DNA of 64,000 bases from Desulfovibrio sp. (lineage in GTDB: Bacteria > Desulfobacterota > Desulfovibrionia > Desulfovibrionales > Desulfovibrionaceae), in NCBI GenBank assembly GCA_017396005.1, contig JAFQNG010000005.1:8807-72806 (forward strand), written 5' to 3'. Shown piece after piece: positions 48,819 to 60,121 of the stretch. The position numbers were made by a program, and so were the translations under genes. Positions within the stretch are counted from its first letter, which is position 1. Each line of letters opens with the position of its first letter. A model generated the notes under the pieces. It was not told where the DNA came from. It made no database searches and was given only the letters and a program-made list of their open reading frames with translations.

Positions 48819-49382
48819 TTAGGCGGCCATGCTTTCAAAGAGTTCCTTGGCACTGATGTTGGCGGGGTTGGCGCCGAGCACCATTTCCAGATGCTGACGG
48901 GCTTCTTCGCCGCGGCCCAGGTAGATGAGGCAGCCAGCCAGGGTAACGCGTACGGCTTCACTTTCATCGCAGGCAGTGAGGGCGGCGTCCAGATAGGGCA
49001 GCACGTCTTCCACCTGGCCCAGCTGATAGGATTCACGCACCAGGCAGTTCAGGGCCACCAGGTTGCCGGCGGCTTTATCCAGCGCACGGCGGAAGTGGCT
49101 GAAAGCTTCTTCATGCTTGCCCTGTTCCATAAGCACCAGGCCGATGCCGCACAGAGCCTTGTCGGTTTCTTCTACGGCAGCAGCCTTCTGATAAAGCACC
49201 AGAGCCTTATCCAGTTCGGCACGCTGCACTGCGACGGTAGCCAGCCCCATGTAGGGAGCGGCGCTCTGCGCATTGTTATTGGCGGCCTTGCGGTAGTATT
49301 CTTCGGCTTTGTCAAAGTCGCCCATGAACAGATAGCACTCGCCCAGTTCCTTGTTGATCTCGTAATCCAGATGATTGCTCAT
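48819..49382 (-). CDS. TPR-repeat protein
   Basis: LGECYLFMGDFDKAEEYY and further TPR units. Confidence 0.88.
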   Translation of the reverse strand: MSNHLDYEINKELGECYLFMGDFDKAEEYYRKAANNNAQSAAPYMGLATVAVQRAELDKALVLYQKAAAVEETDKALCGIGLVLMEQGKHEEAFSHFRRALDKAAGNLVALNCLVRESYQLGQVEDVLPYLDAALTACDESEAVRVTLAGCLIYLGRGEEARQHLEMVLGANPANISAKELFESMAA

Positions 49383-49447
49383 GTCTTCCCTCCCATGAGG
49401 CTGTTGCTGTAGGCCGCAAAGTGCGGTTTGTAACTTGTTCTGCCCAA

Positions 49448-49463
49448 TGCAGACTTTGTGCCA
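49448..49463 (-). promoter_or_regulatory. Sigma54-type promoter for TPR gene
   Basis: Minus strand TGGCAC-AAAGT-CTGC. Confidence 0.65.
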
Positions 49464-49635
49464 GAATAAAAAAAATAAATAAAATCAATATGAAAATACA
49501 TAGTTTCCCTCGGGGTATGAAGAGAGGAGCGCCAAGCTTTTGGCAGAAAAGGCATTTTTTGCCGGGTATGCAGGCTAGAAAAAGGGCGCGAACCGTGTGT
49601 CCGTGCCCTGACAGGGAGAAGAGGCTGCGAAAGGT

Positions 49636-50322
49636 TCAGCGTGGCAGGGGGCCGCCGCAGTGGCGTACATGCTCCAGCAGATGGGCCAGCACTTCTTCTA
49701 TCTCAAGACTGGAGGTATCTACCAGATGTGCGTCATCTGCCGGACGCAGTGGGGCTATGGCACGGTTGCGGTCCTGATGGTCGCGCTGTCGGATGAGCGC
49801 GGCCAGGGTTGCCAGGTCGGCCTTTTCGCCTCTTTTTTCCAGATCGCGCTGGCGGCGTAAGGCCCGGACTTCAGGGCTGGCATCCAGAAAGAATTTACAG
49901 CGTGCTTCAGGAAAGACTACTGTGCCCATATCGCGGCCTTCGGTCACCAGGGATGAACAGCGCCCCATGGACTGCTGGGCCTCGCGCAGCATATCACGAA
50001 TCAGCGGCACAGTGGCGATGCGTGAGGCCAGCATGGCCACCTCTTCTGTGCGTATTTCGTTGCCTACAGGGATATCATTGCAGGTCAGTACGGTCTTTTC
50101 GCCACTGCCGTTGAGCCTGAATATCCAGCGGGCACACTGCAGGCGCAGTTCGGCTTCAGGCAGCTTTTCTGCACCTGATCCGAGTTTGAGCGCCAGGCAG
50201 CGGAACATGGCCCCGGTATCCAGATAGGCCAGGCCAAGACGTTGGGCCAGGCAGCGGGCCAGAGTGGTCTTGCCCACGCCTGCCGGGCCGTCCAGAGTGA
50301 TGATGAACGGAGTCTGTGTCAT
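49636..50322 (-). CDS. cmk: Cytidylate kinase
   Basis: DGPAGVGKTT, LDTGAMFR, EGRDMGTVVFP. Confidence 0.95.
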   Translation of the reverse strand: MTQTPFIITLDGPAGVGKTTLARCLAQRLGLAYLDTGAMFRCLALKLGSGAEKLPEAELRLQCARWIFRLNGSGEKTVLTCNDIPVGNEIRTEEVAMLASRIATVPLIRDMLREAQQSMGRCSSLVTEGRDMGTVVFPEARCKFFLDASPEVRALRRQRDLEKRGEKADLATLAALIRQRDHQDRNRAIAPLRPADDAHLVDTSSLEIEEVLAHLLEHVRHCGGPLPR

Positions 50323-50327
50323 GGCGT

Positions 50328-51449
50328 TTACCGGCTTGCAAGGAAGGTCTGCATAGCGGCCAGAAAAGCTCTGTTTTCTTCCCGGGAACCTACGCTGACC
50401 CGCAGATGTTCCGGCAGATTATAGCTTTTCAGCGGTCGGATGATGATGCCAGCAGCGAGCAGGGCTTCAAAACAGGACTGTGCTGTGCCCCTGCCGTGTG
50501 GCAGATGGAACATCAGAAAGTTGGCAGCACTGGGCCAGACCGTACAGCCCATGTCACGCAGCCCTTCAGACAGCAGGGTGCGGCCCTCTATGACCGTTTC
50601 AAGAGTAGCCTGGCGAAAGGCCGTATCTGTCAGGGCGGCGAGGGCCGCTTCTTCTGCCAGGATATTGACTGAGAAGGGCAGACGGGCCCGCCAGCAGTAT
50701 TCGGCCAGGCGCGGCGGCAGAACGGCATAGCCCAGTCGCAGACCTGCCAGACCCCAGCTCTTGGAAAAGGTACGCAGAAAGGCTGTATTTTCCGGCAGTG
50801 TTCCGGCGGTCAGCAGTGATACGGCGCTTTCGTCTTCAGCAAAGTCCGCATAGGCTTCATCCACCACCAGCAGACAGCCGGGGGCACGTCGGGCCAGCTC
50901 TTCGGCCAGGCGGGCCACGGCATGACGCGGCGGGCAATAGCCTGAGGGATTGTCTGGTGCAGTCACAAAGACCAGACGGGTGCTTTCGTCCACCAGAGCC
51001 AGCAGAGCGTCAAAATCAAAGGAAAAATCCTCATTAAGGGGATGACGGCGGATCTCCACACCGCAGATCTTACCCTGTATGGGGTAGATGCTGAAGCACG
51101 GCTCAAAGCAGACCAGTGAGTGCTGGCCGGCTTCGGCCAGAATACGAATGAGCAGATCAATGATCTCATCAGAGCCATTACCCACAACTATCTGTTCAGG
51201 GGATACCCCGTGCCTCTGGGCCAGAGCAGTGCACAACCGTGGATTACCGCCCTGTGGATAACGAAAGAGCGAGCCCGCGTGACGCCGCACAGCCTCCTGC
51301 GCCAGAGGCGATGCCCCCAGCGGGTTTTCATTGCTGGCCATTTTAATGACCTGGGGCAGAGCGTACTTTTCTTGTATTTCGGCAATGGAAAGTCCCGGTA
51401 CATAGGCTTTGAGAGAATCTATGCAGGGGCGCGGCACAATATGGGGCAT
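50328..51449 (-). CDS. hisC: Histidinol-phosphate aminotransferase
   Basis: ASNENPLG, GNGSDEII, VDEAY, RTFSK..GLAGLRLGY. Confidence 0.95.
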   Translation of the reverse strand: MPHIVPRPCIDSLKAYVPGLSIAEIQEKYALPQVIKMASNENPLGASPLAQEAVRRHAGSLFRYPQGGNPRLCTALAQRHGVSPEQIVVGNGSDEIIDLLIRILAEAGQHSLVCFEPCFSIYPIQGKICGVEIRRHPLNEDFSFDFDALLALVDESTRLVFVTAPDNPSGYCPPRHAVARLAEELARRAPGCLLVVDEAYADFAEDESAVSLLTAGTLPENTAFLRTFSKSWGLAGLRLGYAVLPPRLAEYCWRARLPFSVNILAEEAALAALTDTAFRQATLETVIEGRTLLSEGLRDMGCTVWPSAANFLMFHLPHGRGTAQSCFEALLAAGIIIRPLKSYNLPEHLRVSVGSREENRAFLAAMQTFLASR

Positions 51450-51508
51450 GGCTACTCCAAAAAAAGCCGCCGCTTGCGCGGCGGCAGAGTGTTGTGTTTT
51501 TACAGCAT

Positions 51509-51961
51509 TTACTTGGCCGGAGCGCTGGGGCGTATGGTCAGTACCGGCATGGGGGCATTCTTGACCACCTTTTCAGCCACAGAGCCGAAAAGGATGCGGT
51601 CTATGCCCTTGCGCCCGTGTGTGCCCATGACAATAAGGTCAGCCCCTTCTTCAGTGGCGCGCTTAAGGATTTCTTCAGCTGCATAGCCGATGAGCACCTG
51701 GCTGCGGGCCTGGACTCCGGCAAAGTTTTCAGCCACGAAAGCGTCCATGGATTTTTCGGCACCGGTGACGATTTCGCCTACAAAGTTTTCAATGGTATTG
51801 GGCGGCACATGAAATCCTACATACTGGCTCAGTGAAGGGGCGGTATAGACGACGATGACTTCGGCCCCGGCCCCCCGGGCCAGCATGACAGCGTATTCAG
51901 CTACTGCTTTGCTGTGGTCAGAAAGGTCGACAGCGCACAGAATCTTCTTGATTTCCTTCAT
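51509..51961 (-). CDS. Universal stress protein
   Basis: DLIVMGTHGR..LFGSVAEKVV. Confidence 0.93.
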   Translation of the reverse strand: MKEIKKILCAVDLSDHSKAVAEYAVMLARGAGAEVIVVYTAPSLSQYVGFHVPPNTIENFVGEIVTGAEKSMDAFVAENFAGVQARSQVLIGYAAEEILKRATEEGADLIVMGTHGRKGIDRILFGSVAEKVVKNAPMPVLTIRPSAPAK

Positions 51962-52129
51962 GGTCAGCTCCTTGCCGAATATACGGATTACTGCCTGTGA
52001 GGCAGATCAAGCCTAGAGCCTTTTTCAAGAATAGACAAGCTCTTTTGCCCCTGTTCCCGGGTGGGAAATTTTTTCCCGCAGAGAATATTGTTTTGGCTTG
52101 AAATAACAATGAGTTATAAGTATAAAGGT

Positions 52130-52144
52130 TGGCAGGTTTCTTGC
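52130..52144 (+). promoter_or_regulatory. Sigma54-type promoter
   Basis: TGGCAG-GTTTC-TTGC. Confidence 0.65.
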
Positions 52145-52177
52145 ATGGATTATGACAAAACGCCAACCCTGGAGGCG

Positions 52178-52696
52178 ATGATGAACATTACTACCGAACA
52201 GATGGAAGCCCTGCTGCTCCGGCAGTCGCAGCAGGCCGGGGGGCTGCCCAGGCAGAGCGGACAGAGCGGCAGCTTTGAAGCTCTTCTGGCCCGGCAGATG
52301 AACGATGAGGCAGATGCCTCTGCCGTATCGGGTGCTTTTCTGACGCCAGGCACTGCCCAGAGCGGGCTCATCAGTCAAATGCTCCTGCAGAGCAGCGAGC
52401 AGAGTCGGGCTGCAGATGCTGATACTCAGGTTCTGCAGGCCGCCTTTGATCAGGCCTCGGGTACGCTGGAGCTGTGGGATGATTATGCTCGTGCCCTGAG
52501 CTCTTCCGGTCAGGAGACATCCTTGCGGGATGCCTATGCCATGCTTGAGGGTATCGAAAGCCAGGTCAGCCGTCTTCGCCAGGATACCGACAGCCTGCGC
52601 GGCAGGAATCCCGGCTTTGATTCTCTGCTGAACGAGCTGGAAGTCATGACCGTTACGGAAAAGTTCAAGTTCAACAGGGGTGACTACTACGCCTGA
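52178..52696 (+). CDS. Conserved hypothetical protein
   Basis: GGAGG RBS; C-terminal [10 protein letters not shown]; sigma54 site upstream. Confidence 0.75.
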   Translation: MMNITTEQMEALLLRQSQQAGGLPRQSGQSGSFEALLARQMNDEADASAVSGAFLTPGTAQSGLISQMLLQSSEQSRAADADTQVLQAAFDQASGTLELWDDYARALSSSGQETSLRDAYAMLEGIESQVSRLRQDTDSLRGRNPGFDSLLNELEVMTVTEKFKFNRGDYYA

Positions 52697-52865
52697 AGAC
52701 ACTGATTGTCTGCAACAGGAGGCCGCGCATGACAGGGATGCGCGGCCTCCTTGCTTTGGTATGTTGAAAAAAAGCCGGCGCTTGCCTTGCGCTTGGGCGC
52801 AGGGTATACTGCAAACTTTCCAGAAAACTCAATCTGCCGCGCCATGCGCGGCTGCGGAGGTTTAT

Positions 52866-53507
52866 ATGCGTCCTGCTGCCTGCGGCATTACACCCGAAGG
52901 CTGGCCCTGCATCGGCCTGCTTGCTTTTGCTGCCCTGATTTTCGCCATTCTGCACTGCTGGCCCCTGGCTCTGGCCTTTCTGGTGCTGTGCTGGTTTTCC
53001 ATGCATTTTTTCCGTGATCCCGAACGGGTGGTCCCGCAGGCTGCGGGCCTGGCTGTAAGCCCGGCTGACGGCAGGGTCATCCGTATTGAACAGCGGCCAG
53101 ACCCCTTCAGCGGTGAAACCCTTACCTGCATCAGCATTTTCATGAATGTCTTCAACGTGCATGTGAACCGTGCACCTGTGGACTGTGTGGTGGAAGGCAT
53201 ACGCTACTGGCCCGGCAGGTACCTGAATGCCGCATGGGACAAGGCGTCTACCGATAACGAGCGCTGCGCCTATCAGCTGCGTGATGCCGATGGAGGGCAG
53301 TGGTACATGGTACAGATAGCCGGGCTCATTGCGCGCCGCATCGTTTGTCGTGTGGATGCAGGCGACAGCCTGGCCCGTGGCGAGCGATACGGCATGATAC
53401 GCTTCGGCTCGCGCGTTGACCTTTATTTGCCGCACAGCTATCTTCCTGCCGTTAATGTGGGCGAGCAGGTTTTTGCCGGGCAGAGTGTTGTGGCCTGTGC
53501 CCGTTAG
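52866..53507 (+). CDS. psd: Phosphatidylserine decarboxylase
   Basis: [27 protein letters not shown]. Confidence 0.93.
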   Translation: MRPAACGITPEGWPCIGLLAFAALIFAILHCWPLALAFLVLCWFSMHFFRDPERVVPQAAGLAVSPADGRVIRIEQRPDPFSGETLTCISIFMNVFNVHVNRAPVDCVVEGIRYWPGRYLNAAWDKASTDNERCAYQLRDADGGQWYMVQIAGLIARRIVCRVDAGDSLARGERYGMIRFGSRVDLYLPHSYLPAVNVGEQVFAGQSVVACAR

Positions 53508-53544
53508 GCGTGCCTTCCCCTTACCGACAGGCAGGTGGTATTAT

Positions 53545-54309
53545 ATGGATATGAATGAAGTCAAAAAGCCGCGCAAGGGCGTCTATCTGCTGCCGAACAT
53601 GATCACCATGTCAAGCATGTTCCTGGGCTTTCTTTCCATGATCTGGGCAGTGCAGGGGCGCTTTGAAGACGCCTGTATGGCCATCCTGGTCTCAGCCCTC
53701 ATGGACGGTCTGGACGGCAAGGTGGCCCGTCTGACCAATACGGCCAGTGAATTCGGTGTACAGCTGGACTCTCTGGCAGATCTGGTGGCCTTTGGTCTGG
53801 CACCGGCCATGCTGCTCTGGCAGTGGCAGTTGGATCAGTTCGGTGGTCTGGGCATGGCCGCAGCCTTCATCTATGCGGCCTGCGGGGCCCTGCGCCTGGC
53901 CCGCTTCAATGTCAGCACGGCCACTGTCAGCAAGCGTTTTTTTATCGGCCTGCCCATACCGGCCGGGGGCTGCACAGTTGTGACCTTTGTCTTTTTTGCC
54001 GGGCTGTTCCCGGCCTTTCTCATGCCTGCCATCCCCTGGATGACGCTGCTGCTGGCAGTAGGTCTGGGGGTGCTCATGTTCAGTCGGGTGCGCTATTTCT
54101 CTTTCAAGGAATATGACTTTCTGCGTGCCCATTTCATCAGTGCCATGCTGGCCTTTCTCTTTCTGCTGGCAGCCCTGGTCTCCTGGCCTCGCTTTTTCAG
54201 TTTTGTCTTTTGTGCTGTCTATATCGCAGGCGGGCTCATCTACAGTTTCGTAATCCTGCCACGCCGTGACCGTCAGCTTTTACGAGCCCTGTCACCGCAG
54301 GACGACTAG
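53545..54309 (+). CDS. pssA: CDP-diacylglycerol--serine O-phosphatidyltransferase
   Basis: DGLDGKVAR..G..LDSLAD, LRLARFN. Confidence 0.93.
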   Translation: MDMNEVKKPRKGVYLLPNMITMSSMFLGFLSMIWAVQGRFEDACMAILVSALMDGLDGKVARLTNTASEFGVQLDSLADLVAFGLAPAMLLWQWQLDQFGGLGMAAAFIYAACGALRLARFNVSTATVSKRFFIGLPIPAGGCTVVTFVFFAGLFPAFLMPAIPWMTLLLAVGLGVLMFSRVRYFSFKEYDFLRAHFISAMLAFLFLLAALVSWPRFFSFVFCAVYIAGGLIYSFVILPRRDRQLLRALSPQDD

Positions 54310-54356
54310 GCTTTGCTGTTTTTATTGTGAATACCGTGCCCTTCGGAGTGTGATAT

Positions 54357-55910
54357 ATGAAGAATCATGTATATTTTTTTGACACAACCCTGCGCGATGG
54401 CGAACAGTCGCCCGGCGCGACCATGAATCTGCAGGAAAAGCTGCGCCTTGCCCATCAGCTGGAAGTGCTGGGTGTTGACATTATTGAAGCCGGTTTTCCT
54501 GCATCCAGCCCCGGCGATTTCGAGTCTGTACGCAGGATAGCAGAGCAGGCGGGCGACATACAGGTGGCGGGCCTGGCCCGCTGTGTGGAGCGCGACATCG
54601 ACCTGTGCTGGGAAGCTGTGAAATGCGCCAGGAATCCGCGTATCCACACCTTTCTCTCCACATCACCCCTGCACATGAAGCACAAGCTGCGCAAAGATCC
54701 TGAAGAGGTGCTCAAGCTGGCTGTGGCCGGGGTCAGGCGATGCGCTGGATATACCAGCAATGTGGAATTTTCTGCCGAGGACTTTTCACGCTCTGAACGT
54801 GATTTTCTCTGCCGGATCATTGAGGCGGCCATTGATGCCGGAGCCACTACCATCAACCTGCCCGATACTGTGGGCTATGCCCAGCCTGAAGAATTTGCCG
54901 ATCTTGTAGGCTATGTCATCAGAAATACGCCCAATGCCGACAAGGCCACCTTCAGTGTGCACTGTCATGATGATCTGGGCCTTGGTGTGGCCAATACCCT
55001 GGCGGCCCTGCGTGTGGGCGTACGCCAGGTGGAAGTCACGCTCAACGGCATTGGCGAGCGTGCGGGTAATGCCTCGCTGGAAGAAGTGGCCATGGCCCTG
55101 CATGTGCGGCGTGATTTCTACGGCCTTGAGCACACTATCAAAACAGAGCAGCTTTATCCATCCTGTCGTCTGCTTTCCATGATCATAGGCCAGCCCATCC
55201 CTAACAATAAGGCCATTGTGGGGGCCAATGCCTTTGCTCATGAGTCCGGTATCCATCAGGACGGCATGCTCAAGAATCGCGAGACCTATGAGATCATGAC
55301 CCCGCAGTCTGTGGGTCGCACCGAGAGCAGCCTGATCATCGGCAAGCATTCAGGCCGTAATGCCGTGCATAATAAATTCGAGAGCATGGGCTACAAGCTG
55401 GACGATGAACAGCTCAATCAGGTCTTTGAGGCTGTCAAGAAGCTGGCTGACCGCAAGAAGACCCTGCTGGATGACGATTTGATGGCTCTGGTGCAGGAAG
55501 AAATCTACCGTATTCCCGACCGCCTGCGTCTGCGCCATGTCAGCATACAGAGCTCTGATGCGGGTGGTGTACCGCCCACGGCAGCTGTCATCATGGATGT
55601 GGACGGCATGGAGCGCAGTGGCGCCGGCTTTGGCGTAGGGCCTGTAGATGCGCTCTTCAACGTCATTGCCGACATGGTGGGCCGTGAGCCGGAGCTGGAG
55701 CAGTATGCCATCAACGCCATTACCGGCGGCACCGATGCCCTGGGTGAGGTGACCGTACGCCTGAAAGAGAACGGCCATTCTGCCGTGGGTCGGGGCACAC
55801 ATCCTGACATCTTTGTGGCCAGCGCCAAAGCCTATGTGGATGCCCTCAACCATCTGGGCAAGCGTGAGGAAGAAGGCCGCCGCCTGCACTGTCAGTACGA
55901 CGATAAATAA
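54357..55910 (+). CDS. leuA: 2-isopropylmalate synthase
   Basis: DTTLRDGEQ, HCHDD, GIGERAGN, HESGIHQDG. Confidence 0.96.
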   Translation: MKNHVYFFDTTLRDGEQSPGATMNLQEKLRLAHQLEVLGVDIIEAGFPASSPGDFESVRRIAEQAGDIQVAGLARCVERDIDLCWEAVKCARNPRIHTFLSTSPLHMKHKLRKDPEEVLKLAVAGVRRCAGYTSNVEFSAEDFSRSERDFLCRIIEAAIDAGATTINLPDTVGYAQPEEFADLVGYVIRNTPNADKATFSVHCHDDLGLGVANTLAALRVGVRQVEVTLNGIGERAGNASLEEVAMALHVRRDFYGLEHTIKTEQLYPSCRLLSMIIGQPIPNNKAIVGANAFAHESGIHQDGMLKNRETYEIMTPQSVGRTESSLIIGKHSGRNAVHNKFESMGYKLDDEQLNQVFEAVKKLADRKKTLLDDDLMALVQEEIYRIPDRLRLRHVSIQSSDAGGVPPTAAVIMDVDGMERSGAGFGVGPVDALFNVIADMVGREPELEQYAINAITGGTDALGEVTVRLKENGHSAVGRGTHPDIFVASAKAYVDALNHLGKREEEGRRLHCQYDDK

Positions 55911-55953
55911 GCCACAGCAAAAAGCCTCTCAGGGGCAGCAGAAGGAGTATATT

Positions 55954-57216
55954 ATGGCCCAGACGCTTGCGCAGAAGATACTGCAAGCCCATACCGACGA
56001 GACCGTCAGAAGCGACGGCCAAATAGTGCAGTGCCGGGTATCTCTGGTACTTGCCAATGACATCACCGGGCCGCTTGCCATCAAGTCCTTTCGTGGCATG
56101 GGCGCCAGAAAAGTTTTTGACCGGGACAGAATCGCCCTGGTCATGGACCATTTTACCCCTCAGAAAGATATCGACTCGGCCAATCAGGTACTGGTGAGCC
56201 GCCAGTTTGCTGAAGAACAGCAGATCACCCACTATTATGAGGGTGGTGACTGCGGCGTGGAGCATACCCTTCTGCCCGAGCAGGGCCTGGTGGCCCCCGG
56301 TGATCTGGTCATCGGGGCTGACAGCCATACCTGCACCTACGGCGGTATTGGTGCTTTTGCCACTGGCATGGGCTCCACTGACATAGCAGCGGCCATGGCC
56401 CTGGGTGAGACCTGGATCAAGGTGCCGCCTACCATCCGTGTGGAGATAGATGGTGCGATGCCCCGCTGGCTGCGTGCCAAGGATCTCATGCTTATGCTCA
56501 TCGGGCGCATCGGCGTGGATGGCGCCCTGTACAAGGCCCTGGAGTTTGGTGGGCCTGTCATTGAGGCCCTGTCTGTAGAAGGGCGTCTGACCATGGCCAA
56601 TATGGCCATCGAAGCTGGCGGCAAGGTAGGCCTTTTTGCTGTGGATGCGGCTACCCGCGAGTATTGCGCGGCCCACAAACGGCCGGACGTGACTCTTGAT
56701 CTGGCTGCTGACCCTGGTGCAGCCTATGAGCAGACCGTGCGCATTGATGTGACCGGTGCAGAGCCCGTGGTGGCCTGCCCGCATCTGCCCTCCAATGTGA
56801 AGCCGGTTTCGGCAGTGAAGGATACTGTCATACAGCAGGTGGTCATCGGCTCGTGCACCAATGGCCGCATCAGCGACATGCGCGATGCTGCGGAAGTGCT
56901 GCGTGGCCGCAAGGTGGATAAAAAGGTGCGCTGCATCATTCTGCCATCTACCCCCACGGTCTGGAAGCAGTGCCTCAGGGAAGGGCTCATGGAAGTATTC
57001 ATGGATGCGGGCTGCATCGTAGGCCCCTGCACCTGCGGGCCGTGCCTGGGCGGGCATACCGGCATTCTGGGCGATGGTGAACGTGCCGTTACCACCACCA
57101 ACCGCAATTTCAAGGGCCGCATGGGCAGTCTGTCGTCCGAAGTCTATCTGGCCAGCCCTGTGGTAGCCGCCGCTTCGGCTGTGGCGGGTGTCATCGCCGG
57201 GCCGGAACAACTGTAA
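55954..57216 (+). CDS. leuC: 3-isopropylmalate dehydratase large subunit
   Basis: DSHTCT, GSCTNGR, CGPCLG, NRNFKGRMG. Confidence 0.95.
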   Translation: MAQTLAQKILQAHTDETVRSDGQIVQCRVSLVLANDITGPLAIKSFRGMGARKVFDRDRIALVMDHFTPQKDIDSANQVLVSRQFAEEQQITHYYEGGDCGVEHTLLPEQGLVAPGDLVIGADSHTCTYGGIGAFATGMGSTDIAAAMALGETWIKVPPTIRVEIDGAMPRWLRAKDLMLMLIGRIGVDGALYKALEFGGPVIEALSVEGRLTMANMAIEAGGKVGLFAVDAATREYCAAHKRPDVTLDLAADPGAAYEQTVRIDVTGAEPVVACPHLPSNVKPVSAVKDTVIQQVVIGSCTNGRISDMRDAAEVLRGRKVDKKVRCIILPSTPTVWKQCLREGLMEVFMDAGCIVGPCTCGPCLGGHTGILGDGERAVTTTNRNFKGRMGSLSSEVYLASPVVAAASAVAGVIAGPEQL

Positions 57217-57228
57217 GAGGGTATCGCC

Positions 57229-57726
57229 ATGAACTACAAGGGCAAGGCCCACAAGGTGGGCGAACATATCGATACGGACGCCATCATACCGGCGCGCTTT
57301 CTGGTGACCAGTGACCCCGTGAAGCTGGGCGAAAACTGCATGGCCGGTCTTGAGCCGGACTGGGTCAAACGTGTGGCCCCCGGTGACATCATGGTGGCCG
57401 GACGCAACTTCGGCTGCGGTTCTTCACGCGAGCATGCGCCCATTGCCATTCTGGGCGCGGGCATGCCTGTGGTCATCGGCCACAGCTTTGCCCGCATCTT
57501 TTATCGTAATGCCTTCAATATGGGTCTGCTTCTGCTGGAAGTGGGCGATGCTGTGGACAGCATACAGGACGGTGACACACTGGAGATCGACGCATCGGCA
57601 GGTGTCATCCGTGATCTGACCAATGGTGCAGAAATCTCCTGCCCGCCGCTGCCTGCCTCCATGGCGGCCATTCTTGGCAGGGGTGGTCTGGTCAATTATG
57701 TCAAAGAACGCCTGCAACAGCAGTAG
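57229..57726 (+). CDS. leuD: 3-isopropylmalate dehydratase small subunit
   Basis: [20 protein letters not shown]. Confidence 0.95.
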   Translation: MNYKGKAHKVGEHIDTDAIIPARFLVTSDPVKLGENCMAGLEPDWVKRVAPGDIMVAGRNFGCGSSREHAPIAILGAGMPVVIGHSFARIFYRNAFNMGLLLLEVGDAVDSIQDGDTLEIDASAGVIRDLTNGAEISCPPLPASMAAILGRGGLVNYVKERLQQQ

Positions 57727-57739
57727 CAGGAGGAAACGC

Positions 57740-58813
57740 ATGCAAAAGACCATCTGTCTTCTGCCCGGTGACGGCATCGGCCCGGAGATTCTGGCTCAGG
57801 GTGTGGCTGTGCTCAAGGCCGTGGCGCAAAAATTTGGACATGATTTTCTTTTTGAAGAGGCCCTCATTGGCGGGGCCGCAGTGGACGCCGTCGATGATCC
57901 CCTGCCTGCAGCTACAGTAGAGGCCTGCCGCAGGGCTGATGCTGTTTTTCTGGCTGCCGTGGGCGGCCCCAGATGGGATGGCCTTGCGCCTGAAAAACGG
58001 CCGGAAAAGGGCCTGCTCCGCATCCGCAAAGAGCTTGGACTCTTTGCCAATCTGCGGCCGGCCCTGCTGCTGCCAGAGCTGGCCGGGGCATGTCTCTTGC
58101 GGGCCGATGTGGCTGCCAGGGGGCTGGACCTCATCGTGGTGCGTGAGCTGACAGGCGATGTCTATTTTGGTGAGCCGCGTGGTGTGGAGATGCGCAACGG
58201 TCTGCGCGTGGGCTACAATACTATGATCTACAATGAGGAAGAGGTCCGCCGTATCGCCAGAGTGGCTTTTGAGACAGCCCGTCAGCGCCGTAAAAAGGTC
58301 TGCTCCGTAGAAAAGAGCAATGTGCTGGAGTGCTCCCGCCTCTGGAAGGAGGTAGTGCTGGAGGTACATAAGGATTACGCTGATGTGGAGCTGAGCCATA
58401 TGTATGTGGACAATGCCGCCATGCAGCTGGTACGTGATCCCTCACAGTTTGACGTCATCCTCACCGGCAATATCTTCGGCGACATTCTGTCTGACGAGGC
58501 CTCTGTTATTACCGGCTCTCTGGGCATGCTGCCTTCGGCATCCATGGGTGCCTCCGGTCCGGGCCTTTTTGAGCCTATTCACGGCTCAGCGCCCGACATT
58601 GCCGGACAGGACAAAGCCAATCCTCTGGCTACCATCCTTTCTGCTGCCATGCTGCTGCGTCTGGGCCTGCATATGGGGCCCGAGGCCGATGCTGTGGAAA
58701 ATGCCGTACGCCAGACCCTGCGCGATGGTTATCGCACCGGCGATATCATGGAGCCGGGCAAGACCCTGCTGGGCTGTGCGGCCATGGGGCAGAAGGTTGT
58801 GGAGAGGCTGTAA
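57740..58813 (+). CDS. leuB: 3-isopropylmalate dehydrogenase
   Basis: [29 protein letters not shown]. Confidence 0.96.
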   Translation: MQKTICLLPGDGIGPEILAQGVAVLKAVAQKFGHDFLFEEALIGGAAVDAVDDPLPAATVEACRRADAVFLAAVGGPRWDGLAPEKRPEKGLLRIRKELGLFANLRPALLLPELAGACLLRADVAARGLDLIVVRELTGDVYFGEPRGVEMRNGLRVGYNTMIYNEEEVRRIARVAFETARQRRKKVCSVEKSNVLECSRLWKEVVLEVHKDYADVELSHMYVDNAAMQLVRDPSQFDVILTGNIFGDILSDEASVITGSLGMLPSASMGASGPGLFEPIHGSAPDIAGQDKANPLATILSAAMLLRLGLHMGPEADAVENAVRQTLRDGYRTGDIMEPGKTLLGCAAMGQKVVERL

Positions 58814-58875
58814 GAAGAGAAGGGCGGGCGCGTAAGCGCCCGCTTTGCGTAAAGGGTTATTCTGACGGGGGCAGC

Positions 58876-59835
58876 ATGCGCGTATTGCTGGGGTGCGTCA
58901 ACAGCGCCGTTTCACTGGTAGGTTATGATCTGGAGCAGAGACAGCCCTTCTGGTACTGTCCGGGCAATCTTTTGCGTGTCTGCGGCATCTGTTGGCATGA
59001 ACAGGCCCTCTGGAGCGCCTCGGATACTGTGCTGCAAAGAGTAGACGCTGCAGGCATCAGTCGCACAGGCCTGCCCGGGCCACATGACAACTATGCCCAC
59101 AGCGTCAAATCCCTTGGTGACGGCCTGCTGGGTGTGGCTGATACGGGCAATTCCCGTGTTCTGCTCATGGGGGGCGGCATGAAGGCGCTTTCGCTGTCTC
59201 CGCTGGAAGGCTGGGGTAATGATTTGCCTTTTGACGCCATTCATCTCAATGATTTCGTGCTCTGGCAGGATGGTCTTCTCATCTCAGCCTTCAATCATCA
59301 GCCCTTCAGTTTCTGGAAAAAAAGTGATTTGAACTGGAAAGCCGAAGGCTGGGGCTGCCTCTATTATCTGCGGCGTCATGGGGGCAGAAGTCTGACCCGT
59401 ATTGTGGCTTCCGGTCTGGACTGTCCGCACTCGTTAGCTCTCTGGCAGGGAGATGTCTACTGCTGTTCTTCTGCCTGTGGTACCTTCTTTCATTACAGGC
59501 AGGATGAGCACGGCCTCCTGCAAGAGCTGAATCGCTGGAAGGTTACGGATACGCATTTTCTGCGCGGCTGCCTGCGCCTGGAAGGTGGCTGGCTGCTGGG
59601 CGGCTCGTCACAACGGCATATGGAAGACGGTGGTGGCATGACACTCTTTTGGCTGGATGACGCTGGCAGCGTGACGCCCCTGCCTGTAGGCGGTCCTGGC
59701 GAGATATATGATATCATCCCTTGGGATGACGCTCTCATGCCTGGTATCTGTCGTACTTTGCAGCATGCTCCTGAGCTGGATGTGGAAGGGACCTTCCCTG
59801 CCCGTTGCAGTCTGCCAGCAGAGTATGGCGGCTGA
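58876..59835 (+). CDS. Hypothetical beta-propeller-like protein
   Basis: AHSV, ADTGNSRV, HLN, PHS, FLRG, EIYDI repeats. Confidence 0.65.
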   Translation: MRVLLGCVNSAVSLVGYDLEQRQPFWYCPGNLLRVCGICWHEQALWSASDTVLQRVDAAGISRTGLPGPHDNYAHSVKSLGDGLLGVADTGNSRVLLMGGGMKALSLSPLEGWGNDLPFDAIHLNDFVLWQDGLLISAFNHQPFSFWKKSDLNWKAEGWGCLYYLRRHGGRSLTRIVASGLDCPHSLALWQGDVYCCSSACGTFFHYRQDEHGLLQELNRWKVTDTHFLRGCLRLEGGWLLGGSSQRHMEDGGGMTLFWLDDAGSVTPLPVGGPGEIYDIIPWDDALMPGICRTLQHAPELDVEGTFPARCSLPAEYGG

Positions 59836-60000
59836 CACTGTCAGACCCGATGATATGCCTATCAGTCCCCACTGTCTCATCAGCTGAAAAATAAAAAATT
59901 TTTCTCTCCCATAAAAATCACAACATACTGATTTTTAAGATAAAAAATTTTAAATACTGGTATTCACGCCTCTATGATAAAAATTTTTGTACCAAAACAC

Positions 60001-60029
60001 TTGTCAATAAAGCTGTGATTTCGTAGATT
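60001..60029 (+). promoter_or_regulatory. Sigma70 promoter of interrupted porin
   Basis: TTGTCA-17 nt-TAGATT, then structured leader and AAGGAAGG RBS. Confidence 0.7.
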
Positions 60030-60121
60030 GACCCCATGGGTACATACCGCAAGGGCTCAGGTGCCCGGTAGAGGATGAAAACCGCTCCCCATTGGGAGCA
60101 CCAAGAAAGGAAGGGTATATC